From NCBI GenBank assembly GCA_013265495.1, contig MU062951.1:992001-1056000 (forward strand): 64,000 nucleotides of DNA. Direction: 5' to 3'. This DNA is from Vicugna vicugna (lineage: Eukaryota). Positions 53,801 through 64,000 of this stretch are shown in pieces (the stretch's first letter is position 1; each line of letters begins with the position of its first letter). The notes under the pieces are model-generated. The model was not told the origin of the DNA and did not search any database. It saw nothing but the letters and a program-made list of their open reading frames with translations. Position numbers and translations under genes: made by a program.

Positions 53801-55329
53801 GAGGTGGCAAGTGAGGCTGGGGAGGCTCGGGCCTCCCCTACTGTGGGCAGCGGTCTGCACCTGGCTGTGGGCCTGTGCACCCTTGTGTGGCCTTCAGAGC
53901 CACACCTCCGGGGTGTCCAGCCACTAGGCTGTGTGCAGATGCTGGGCATCACCTCTGAAGTGGGGAAGGGGTGGGAGGGAGCCTGGCATTCCCAGGCAGG
54001 GATGGCTGGCGCAGGGGCTGCTGTGACCAAGGACATCCAGATGGTTGAGGAGGCGGGCCTGGGAAGGGGCGCGGAGGCCAGCACTGCCCGTCCAGGAGTC
54101 TGCCCCGTCCCTCAGTGAGAATCTGGTGCAGACTGATGGCCAGGCTGGCTGCTGTGTCTGTGTCCTGAGTGACAGAACCCCAGCGGGTTGTCCAGGAGCT
54201 AAGCAAGCCGGGCACGGAGACCCGGTGCCAGCTGCAGGGAGGTGCCCAGCTGGTAGGCAGCCTTGAACTGTGCTGGGTGACTGTGGCCTCAGCAGGCAGT
54301 TGGCCTCTCTGCCTCTCTTTCCTCCTCTGCAGGACAGGCTGATGACAGCCCTCTGCCCTGACTTTGAAACACCCTGGGAACATGCCCGAGCCAGGGCAGC
54401 CAGGCCATCACTCAGGGACTTGAGTCCTGGGGATGGCGCTGGGAGCTGCCTGGGAGGCAGGACCTGTGTCGGCCTGACCACCCTGGGTGGATCTCCTTCC
54501 TGCTGGGACAGCTGGGCAGGGGAGGAAGACCAGGCAGGCCATGGCAGGGGTGTCCCCAGGGTGGACCTTCTGGTCCAGGCTTCTGGGGAGGAGCAGTAGC
54601 TAAGATGGGAGAGGATGGCCGTCCTGTGGCCCGTCCCCTCCTGTCGGCTCTGCCACCTGAGGGTCCTTTCAGGGACTGCTCTGAGGCTGTGTCTTTGGTG
54701 CCCGGCCCTGTGGGAGGAGCAGGTGAGACACCGTCACTCCCCAGGGACCGTCACGGGGACCCCTGTCCCTCTCACCTCAGCCTGGGCCTGTGCCAGAGCC
54801 AGCAAGGATGCAATGGACCCTCCCTCCAAGACCGAGAGCCAGTGGTTTGGGCCAGAGTGGCTCTCCCTTGTTTCTCTGTTTGCGTGGAGCCTGGGGCCCC
54901 AAGGTGGGCAGCAGGCCTTGGGCCCAGAGGTGGCATCTCCAAAAGGAACTACAGAATCATGTTTCCCCAGGGAGCTCTGTTTAGACCAGCTCTCCCTACT
55001 GCCTGCAACTTAAAGGAAGAAGGTGCCAGGTGTGGTGGGGGTCTGTTGTCCGCATCTGGCTCAGGCTGCTGCCCCCACACGGTTGTCCACTCGGCTGGTG
55101 AGGGCAGGGCAGCAGGTGGAGGCATTACAGGGCCACATTGCCTTCCTGCTGCCCTGGACACGGGGCCGGCTGGTGTGTGCACGCTTGAGTCTGGGTCCTG
55201 AGTCAGTGCCCCAAAGGGCGACGAGGGGCACAGGCAGCCTGGGAGCGGGGGCCGGGGCGGGGGCTGCTCTTCAGGGTCAGAGCTGCCTGTGCGGGCCAGT
55301 GGGCCTGAGATCAGACTGAGCACACAGGA

Positions 55330-57620
55330 CGCCCGTTGTCCTTCAGGCTTTCCTATTTTCTAAAATATGCAGGTAAAAGGTTATAAGTTCCTACCTGAGC
55401 ATAGCTTTAGCTGTCTTCTGCAAGTTAATTGTTTATGTTTTTCTCCAAAGTTTTTCTAATTTTCATTTCGAGTTTTTCTTTGATCGAGGGTTATTCAGAA
55501 AGGGGTGCTTCATTTCCAATGCCCTGGGGATTGCGTGCCATCTGTGTGATTTCAGTCCTTTGAAGTCTGCCCAGACTTGTTTTAAGGCCCAGCTTAGGGT
55601 CAGTTTTGGTAAAGCTCTCGTGTCCACTTGGAAGGAATGATGCCGGTTGGTGAGTGTGGGGCTCTGTGAGGAAAATGGTGTTAATTGTGTTGTTCACACC
55701 TTCTGTATGTGCGCTGATTTGATGGGCCGGGAGGGAGTCTGTTTTCCCCACAGTCATGGGGAGGCAGTGCAGAATCTTCCTCTGTGCCAGTGAATGTGTT
55801 CATTTCTCCAGCTGTCGCTCTTGCATTAAATATTTTGAGGTCGCTTAACTGAGTGCAGACTGTTTAGAGTTGTTATCTCTCTCTGGTGGATTGAATCTTT
55901 TACTGTTGTGAAATGTCCTCTTTTATCTCCAGTAACACTTCTTGCCTTGAAGTCCTCTTTCTCTGACATGAGTACAGCTACACTGGGAGTGTTGCAGGAT
56001 GTGCGTGTGCACACGTGCGCTCACACGCCATGCAAATGTTACGTGGCGCGTGGGAACGCGTGTACGGTCAGCCTTCCTGTAGTACGGCTATGGTTTTGGG
56101 GTTTTTTTTTGTATCCAGCAAGTAGGTGGTTCTTAAGTACAGTTTGAGATTGTCTTTCTTTCGTTTTTTTTTTTAATAAGCAAAGGATTTTATTAGTAAA
56201 GCAAAAGTCAGTACACCTTTGAGAAGTGAAGGTGGTTCAACCCAAGAGTTAAAGATGGCCTGCGTTTGTCTGTCTAAGAGATTTTGCCTATTCACACGTG
56301 ATGCAGCTATCGATGTACTTGGGTTTAAACATGCATACTGCTGTGTGCTTTCGCTTTGTTCCACCTGTTCTGCTTTTTTCTCTTCTTTTTTTTTGTTTTT
56401 CTTGTTTTGGGTGCATTTTTATTGCATTTTCTCAGTTAGCTTGTAATGCATTTTTTTATTCCTCTCCGCAGTGGTCTCCACAGAGGTGGTAGTGTGCGTC
56501 CTCGACTCACTGTTTCTGGACTTGGTAATGATCGCCTGACCCTCCGCTGACAGTGGGAGGAGCTCGGAGTCCCCAGGCCCCACTCTCCTCTCTCCCCTCG
56601 ACACGAGCTCGGGAACTGTTGTGATGTTAACTCTGTGTGTCCTAGACCTTGCAAGCGCAGTGTGCAGTGGACTCGTCCGTGTGTTACTGCGCCACCCCTC
56701 TCCGTCCCTTCCTCTCCTGCGTTTGGGAACATGTCTTCTTGTTTCCTTGGTGTCGCAGGGGTGCTGGGGACCATTGCTTTCCATAGATGTTTCCCTGAGA
56801 CATCTGTGTCGCCGCTCTCTGCAGAGTGTCTTAGTTGGGAGCCGCTGGGGAGAGACTGTCCCGTGGTGGCCGGTGACGGGCCCCCGCCCTGGTCTGCGCG
56901 GGGCTTTGTCTGTCCGGGGTCTCCAGCAGTTGTGCTCCGGGCGCCTCCTGCAGGCTTCACTTACCCTGCCTGCAGTCGCCATACTGTATGGATTTGCGGC
57001 TTATCAATTTTCGTCAAATTTGGAAGATTCCCAGCCATTCTGTCTCCAAGCATGGCCTCTGCTCCGTCCCCACCTCTCCTCCTGCGATCTCTGCTGCGTC
57101 TGCACCGAACCTTTTCACCGTATCTTACGTGTTTTCTGTGCTCTTTCCTGTGTCTTCTGTGACTTTTCTCTCCAGGCTTAAATCTGGACAGTTTCCTCCT
57201 ACCTGTTCTCAGGATTACTTATTGTCTGTCCAGTTTTGTATAATCTGTTGTTAAATCCATCCATTGAGGTCTTAGTTTTAGTTACTTTTAAGTTCTGAGA
57301 TTTTCATTATTTGTCCTTTAAAATGGTTACTGGGTCTCTGCCGAAATCTGCAGTCTTGTCTTTGAGTTCTTGAACGCATAATCATTTTTGAAGTCCCTGT
57401 CTGACCGCTCAGTTATCTGGGTCGCTGTTCATCCCATTGCCTGGCTTTTCCCTTCTTAGTTTTGGGTTAAGTGTGATTTGCTTGTGTGTCTGGTTATTTT
57501 GTATTGTGTGGCAGAAGTTGTGTATGGAATTCGGGAGATAACTTGTGGCTGGATGATGTCACCTTCCCCCAGACAGGGTGCGCAGTCCCTGGGAAGACAG
57601 ACCTGCAGAGTCAGGCAGTG
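55330..57620 (-). mobile_element. Old LINE-1 (L1M/L1MC-like) in ZC3H3 intron 3
   Basis: T-rich stretch with L1 antisense phrases (TAAATATTTTGAGGTC, TTACTGTTGTGAAATGTCCTCTTTTATCTCCAGTAA, TCGTCAAATTTGGAAG, TTAAATCCATCCATTGAG). Boundaries approximate. Confidence 0.82.
56164..56275 (-). mobile_element. Short polyadenylated retroposed fragment nested in the L1
   Basis: T11 at 56164-56174; on the minus strand AATAAA (56189-56194) lies about 15 nt before the A-tail. The old L1 resumes afterwards. No clear TSD. Confidence 0.5.
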
Positions 57621-60600
57621 TGGGGAGTGAGAAGGCCCAGGCAGGTCCCTGGGGGCTGTGTCTTGCCCAGGGAGGGGCTCTGCCAGGGTGGTTCTAGGTG
57701 GGCTGACGGAACACCAGGAGGGCTGCTGACCCTGGCTGTCCTTTGACAGTGTTGCCCAAGATGCAGGTCTGTGCGGGAGGGTGATTGAAGGGCAGTGGGA
57801 GCCCCCTCCACCCAGCCCTGCATAGAGGCCCACTTTCCCCCCGCCCCCTGTGTGATTGGTTGGGAAGGAAGGGTGGCTCCTTGCGATCCCCAGTGACCTG
57901 TGCATTGGGGGAAAGGAGGGGCTCACTGACCCGTGGCCTCTGAGAGGTCTCTGGGTGTAATGTCAACAGGACAGCCTGTGGGCCTGTGGATGGTGGCCTT
58001 ATTCCTGCAGGCTTCTCCCTGCCCTTGCTCCAGGCCTGGAGAGGACTCTGGCAGCCATGCTGCATCAGGATACCAAGCCTGGGGGAGGGCCTTGGCGGTG
58101 GAGGCCAGGTGGGGCCCAGGGTGCACCCTGCCTGGGGCGGAGTTGCTAAGTGGAGGTGAGGGACAGCCGAGGTGGCAGTGTTTGTGCTGGCAGGGCCCTT
58201 GGGGGCCCCAGGGAGAGCCTCAGACTTTCACGTTGGCCGTAGGCAGTGGGCCTGGTGCACAGGGTGCTCAGGGAGCGGCGAAGTGTCTCTGGTTTAGCGC
58301 GGACCTCGTGTGGGGCTGACTGCCTCAGGGCACCCTCCTCTTGGCCCTTGAGGGCAGGACCACCTTGGCAGGGGGAGCTCTGCTGGTTTGTGCGGGCTGT
58401 TGATCCTGGCACTGGGCAAAGAGCAGGACCTGGTGACACCAGCACCCAGCTCTGTGTACCTGAGGTCCCCTGTCCCCTTGTGGGGTGACTGGAAGGGTCG
58501 TGGGCTCCGGGACACGGAGGCAGGAAGGGCTTGCTGCCCTAGAGCCAGCCGGCAGGTGGGCAGTGGGCAATGGTGCACTTGCTTGGAGCCTCCAGGGCTG
58601 TGTCCCTTGGGTTGCCCCCCCATCCCATGTCTTCATGAGAGCGTGTTGGCCCGGATGGAGCCCACTCAAGACAGGCACCGAGGATGGGCCTCCCCTGGGG
58701 TCTGAGCTGAGACCCTCTGCTTCCCATCCTGCTGGGGCCCCCGCTGATTGCTCTGCCGATGGAGGGGCACTAGAGCTTTGGGCTCAGCTGTCCCGGAAAG
58801 CGTGGGCCACGTGGCCTTCTGCAGAAGGATTGCACCCTTCAGCCGTTGGAGCATCTGGGCAGATCCTGTGACCCTGGAAAGGCTCAGGTGTCTGTGGGGC
58901 CTTCCTGCCTTCTTGCTTCCTCTCATGTGCCTGGAAAGTGGCTCTTCTTCCCCTGAGACTGAACCTTCTCCAGGCAGATCCCAGGCTGGGCTGGCACCCC
59001 CGCCCAGCCCCCGCCCACGGGTTCTGGGGCTAGTGCTCTCTCCAGGCCAGGCACAGGCCGCTGACTGCCTGTGCCTGGTGGCCTGTCCCCACCTGCTACA
59101 GCTGTGCTGGGGGAGCAGCCTTGGGCCTGCTTCATGCTGGCCACCTGCCCTGGGGCCTGTTCTGGTCTGCACTGAGGGAGCTGGGATGCTTTGGGGTGTC
59201 TGCAGGGGCCTTGTCCCTTGCACACGCACTCCCTCCCCCATCTTGTCAGTTGTGGGTGTGGTGGCCACCTAAGGGATGCGCTGCCCCCTCCCTCTCCTGC
59301 CCGTCTGTGGATGGGGAGCCTCCTGACAGCCTTGGGGCTGCCTAGTGCCCTCTGCGCGGCAGCCTGGAATGGCTGGCCCTGTCCCCTGGCTGGCTGTGCC
59401 CGGGAGGGAGAGCCGCACATCCAGGCAGGTCTGGGGCACCCTCTGGGCTGGGCCCCATCCCGGTCCCGTCCCCCAGCATGTGCCAGCTCCTTTGTCGTCA
59501 TTCCGCGGGGCCTGCGCTTTCTAAATTAATTCTGGAGCCGTTGTGTTTCCTTCTCATGGCGTGTTTCAAGCTACGCACCCTGCGTAGCTTCTGGCAGCTT
59601 TTCTCCTAATTGCCCTTTCCGCATCAGCGGCCTAGCGATTAAGTGGTGGTGTGCGCAGCTCTGGCTCTGGGTCCGCGGTAGAGGCGGCAGTCTGCGGAGA
59701 ACACACAGCGGTGCGGGCTGTGCCAGTGGCCACTGTCCTGAGCCTAGCGTGTGGAGGTGGCTTTGGGACGGGCACAGGCACAGTGGCTGGCAGCACATGG
59801 CCCCCTGAGCAAGAAGGTGGTCCCCAGGACGCAGCAGGTCGTCCTGTAGAGCAGCCTGTGTCTGCAGTCGCGGGAGTCCCCGCGGGGCATGAATACCTTC
59901 TGGACGGGCGCTGGGAGGGGCGTGAGGCGCCTCGGGGAGTGAGGTGGCTTGCTTCCGGGGTGCCTCCAGATCGGCTTGCTCCCTGCTCTGTGCACCAGGG
60001 CGCAGTAGGGCAGCTGCCTGGCCCCGGATCGCCATGGGCTGGGGAGGCATGTGGGGTGGGCATCAGGGTGCGCTGATGGCTCTGCCTGCCAGAGCGCTGG
60101 GCCCAGCAGGCAGATGTGGGAGATCCTGGGGTGACCGTGTGCACCTGATTTCTGTTCTCCCAAACAGCCATGCCCCAAGTGCCTCCTGCAGTGCCTGCCC
60201 TGCCCGGCCCTGGGGAGCGAGGCCTGGTCCGGGGTCGCCTCTGAGCAGGGCGCACAGCCAGCGGGAGGACATACTTCTCCCCGGCCAGGCCCGCGCCCTG
60301 TAGCACCTAGACTTTCAGGACTGTGGTCCGTTCTTGTGTGCCTTCTGCCTGTACCTCTGTGGCCCTGGTGCCCCAGGAGACAGGCAAGTACAGTGGGCGT
60401 GAGGGCTGGGCTGGGCCAGGCGGCTGCAGAAGTCAGAGGGCAGCGCGAGCTGGAGGAGGTGGGCCCTTGTCTTTAGGAGGAGCCCTATCTCCCACTAGCA
60501 GGTGGGCTGCATTGAGCCCCTTTCTCGGGGTCCCCAGGACAGCCGCTGGTCCTCGCCTGTGTGGCCCCAGGAGGGCCTCTTTGCTGGCTCTGTGCTTGGG

Positions 60601-62599
60601 ATGTGTCACTGAGGCTGACACTGCTGCTGGCTCTGTGGCTGTGTCCTGTGCCAGGGCTGGAGGACACGGAGGAGAGGGGACAGGCCCATCCTTGAGTGTG
60701 ATGGTGCCCATGCAGCTCTAGGCAAGGCCTGTGGTGCCCCAGCTCCTCCCTGTGGTTGCCCCTGAGCTGAGGGTGGGGGAGGCCCTCGCTCCCTCCCTGG
60801 CTGGCCAGTCTGTGCTGCCCCCTCGCTGCCTCCGCTCTGCTGGGCAGTTGTCAGGTGCACTTGAAACTGTAATGCGACCTGAAACGTTCTGAAACGTGGC
60901 CCTGGCGCTGCCCTCCTGCTGCCGTGGCGGGACTGTTTGTCCAAGAGGGCCCCGGGGTGAGTGAGGCTGGGGCACGCCCAGCACCAGGGGCCCCCCCACG
61001 GCTGCTCGCTGCCCCTGCGCTGCAGCTCTACCCGCACCCAGCCACCAGAAAGGCCAGAGGAGCCCCAGAGAGGAGCTGGTGAGTGGCCGGGAGAGTCTGG
61101 GCGGCCTGGCGCTCGGGAGGGACTGGTGGTTTTCCCTTCGTGGCCGCTGCCTTTTATAGAGGGGTTATTCCCAGGCTCTCTTGAAAGCGTCCGTCTCTGG
61201 CCTGACTCCGAGAAAGCAGCGCAGGGATCCCGAAGGAGGCCAGGCATGGCGAGCAGGACGCACTGCCCTCGCGGGGACTGCCAGCTTTGGGCCACATAGT
61301 GAAGCTGGGACCGTAGGCCACGGGGCAGCCACCCAGCCCCTGTGGAAGCTGGCCAGACTCTGCCCCTGTGAAGTGGGGCGGGAGGGAGCTATGGTTCCTA
61401 GGGCCCCTGTGTGCTCCCGCCCTGGGGGAGAGGGTGGGGGTTCTTGGGGGTCAACAGGGTGGAGGCAGGCTCACCAGTGCCTGTCCTGTGGCACCAGTTA
61501 GCATCACTGTCAGCTCCCATTGAGGGGGCTCTGCCCAACGCCCTTTAGCAGCAGTGGTCGTCAGGCCTGTGTCCAGGGGCCTTTTCCGTCTCCATAGCTT
61601 GGAACATGGGGTGTCTGACCATCTGAGACTGGTGGGCTCTTTCCAGCACTTTCCTACCCACCCAAAGCCCCCAGAAGGAGCTGCCAAGGTGGGTCGAGTG
61701 GGCCTTCACTTCACAGACTAGGTTTTGTCACCTCCCTGCGCTGGTGCGGGTCGCATGGGGGCCCTGGCACTGCCGGGGGAGCATAGCTGTGGCCCCTCGT
61801 CTCTCCTTGTTGGACTTGGGAGCCCTCGTTTCTCCCCAGGGCCCTGGCCTTCTGGAGTTTCAGCCTGGTCAGGGGTGAATACCCCTTCCAGGCCACCTCC
61901 TCTGCCCTCCTGGTGTGCCTGGGCCAGACCCCCGAATGAAGGGGCATAGTGATGACGGAGGGCTGCCGTCCCACGAGGGCAGAGACCACACAGCAGCAGA
62001 CCCAGCGCGGGGCTGGGTGTTGGCTGGCACCTGATTCCCCCAGGCAGAGGCCTCCGGCCACTGCACCCCGGCACGTCAGCCCCAGCCGTAGTGTAGGTAT
62101 GGAGGCCTTGCGTGAGGTCTTGGCCTGCCTCTCCTGCTGGGCCAGCTTCACTTCCTGTCCCCTGGCAGGTGGGGGCCGGGCTGAGCATGCACCTGCAGAG
62201 GGGCACTGTGGCTGGCTCCACGTTTACCTGGACGGGGTTCCCGGCAGGCCGCCCCCACCTCTGTGCTTGGTCCCACCTGGACCACAGAGAGTTCAGGGCC
62301 CCCGTGGGCAGGCAGCACTGAGGCTGAGCCCCTGGGAACCCGGCAGGGAATGGGATCATCTCGAGATGAGCTGAGGTGCTTCCTGTGGTGCTGCCCCTGA
62401 GAGCCCCGGAACCCTGGGTGGGAAGGCCCTGCCCAGCCCAGGTGCCGGTGAGGACCCTGTCAGCCTTCTGAGCCGATAGAGCAGGTGCTGCTGCTGCCTC
62501 TTCTTGTGTGCCGCGAGGGACCCACCCTTCCCAGGAGGAGCGGAGGGGGCTCGCCTGACCTGAGCAGGGGTGGGGGTCTTGCTGTGCTCCCTGCCGCTT

Positions 62600-62645
62600 C
62601 CCCAGCACACAGTGGGCTCACCGAATGTCTGTTGAATGACTGAGC
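62600..62645 (+). mobile_element. L2 3'-end remnant
   Basis: CCCAGCACACAGTGGGCTCACCGAATGTCTGTTGAATGACTGA resembles the L2 terminus. Confidence 0.6.
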
Positions 62646-64000
62646 GAGCTCTGTGCAAGGGGCATACGGGTGTGGGTGCCGCTCAGGCGTCCTTTCCTCA
62701 GCCCCCTGGCCTCCGGGGTGGCTTTTGTTGAGCATGGAGGTCCACTCCCTCTCTGGCCTCTCCCGTGGTTTGCAGTCGCTTTTAAACACTGCATTTTCAC
62801 TGTTCTCTTTCTAAGCTTTCTCACGTCCATGTTCACTTGACCTTGTGTGAGTAATAAGTAGACCTCAGACTGCAATAGCAGAAGAGGCAGTGAGACAGCA
62901 GGCCTGGCTTGGTGTCGGGCTGCAGACGACTGATAGCCCAGCACCGCGAGCTGCCGGCCAGGGTCTGGCAAGGGCCGGGAGGCCCGATCAGAGGGCCGCG
63001 TGAGGACAGGAGTGGCCAGTCAGCTGCTGAAGAACTGAGGGGCCCCAAGGGTCACTGAGGTCAGGGCTGGGCTCCAAGAACAGGAAGGCCCAGTCCTGCC
63101 CCATGACCCAGGGCCGAGGGGAGGAGGGGACCAGGGTTAGCCCCCCAGCTGTAAGCCCTCCATTTCTGGGAGGCTGGATCCGAGCCCTGGGACCTGCCAC
63201 TTGGCAGCATCCTGTCTCTAACAGGCACCGGCCCCACCCCCGACACATGTGTGCATCCCTTCACCTGCTAGGTCCCGGGGTGCGTGCATCAGTACATCCA
63301 TGGACACCTCGCCTGCTGTCCTGGACACAGGCACCCCTTGTACCTGCTGGAGTCCTGGCTCCCTGCGGGTTGGGTGCCGACAGGGCATGGCCCAGGCTGG
63401 CAGAGGATACCTGGTCTGCTGGGGGGTGGTGAGCACCAGCTTTGCCCTGGGCAAGCCTGTGTCAGGAGGACATTGCTCATCAGCGTGTACTGGGCCTGGT
63501 CCTGTCTCTGGGGTGTCCTGGGAGGGCGAGCTGTCTGCCTGTGCTGTCTTCCCTGCCTTCACCTGGGAGTGCGTGGCTGGGGGTGCGGCTGCCTCTTACA
63601 CATGTGGGCTCTGCTCAGGCTGTTTGCCCCCTACCGGGATCCCCCTCACTGCACATGTGCTAGCCTGTTGGCCTTCTGGGGTGCGCCTTCCAACCACCAA
63701 GGTGCGCTGGGGCTCCCTGCCCCAGCCCTGGCCCAGGGCCTGCGGGTGGGGCTGGGAGGTGTGCACTTTCCCCTCTTCCATCCTTCAGAGCGATGGGTGA
63801 AAGGGGAGGGAAGGCCTGCCCCTCATAACGTACAGCGCCTGTCAGGGAGCAGACTACTCCCGTCTCGTGCAGACGGGCCAGCGTCGGCGTGCGATCAATG
63901 GCTCGCGCACAGTAATTACAGGAACTAGCGGCTTGTGTTGCTTGAGTGAGTTTGAGGAGAGTAGGGTCTCAATCTTTCCTCTAATAGGGCCTGACAGCCC

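Noticed and set aside
46500-64000. Many 100-300 aa ORFs in ZC3H3 intron 3; search for ZC3H3 exon 4
   Set aside because: ORF density is expected at this GC content; I found no exon-4-like or CCCH-finger sequence.

Overview
This is placental-mammal genomic DNA, very GC-rich, with no Alu or B1/B2-type SINEs. The GSDMD sequence resembles laurasiatherian orthologs as I recall them, but the species cannot be determined. The gene order matches the block known from human 8q24.3, inverted: TIGD5 (-, runs off the left edge), EEF1D (+, long and short isoforms), NAPRT (+), MROH6 (+), GSDMD (-), and ZC3H3 (+, exons 1-3, then intron 3 to the right edge). I traced every coding exon by hand. All introns are GT-AG and all reading frames are open, so none of these genes looks pseudogenised. 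Most ORFs in the supplied track are GC-content artefacts. Most notable unexplained structures: (1) a 572-bp solo LTR with perfect 5-bp target-site duplications between MROH6 and GSDMD, carrying a diverged copy of MROH6's last exon that is itself flanked by a 5-bp direct repeat; (2) a six-fold repeated W-x2-K-x2-[FY]-[DE]-x-A-E motif in the long EEF1D isoform, plus a 15-nt 5'UTR microexon; (3) an AT-rich, CTCF-flanked, partly N-masked element in ZC3H3 intron 3 that looks like a conserved non-coding element; (4) substitutions at known protease sites of GSDMD; (5) a one-base shift that extends the NAPRT C-terminus; (6) a mirtron-like intron in MROH6. No databases were searched. Comparisons to human proteins are from memory.
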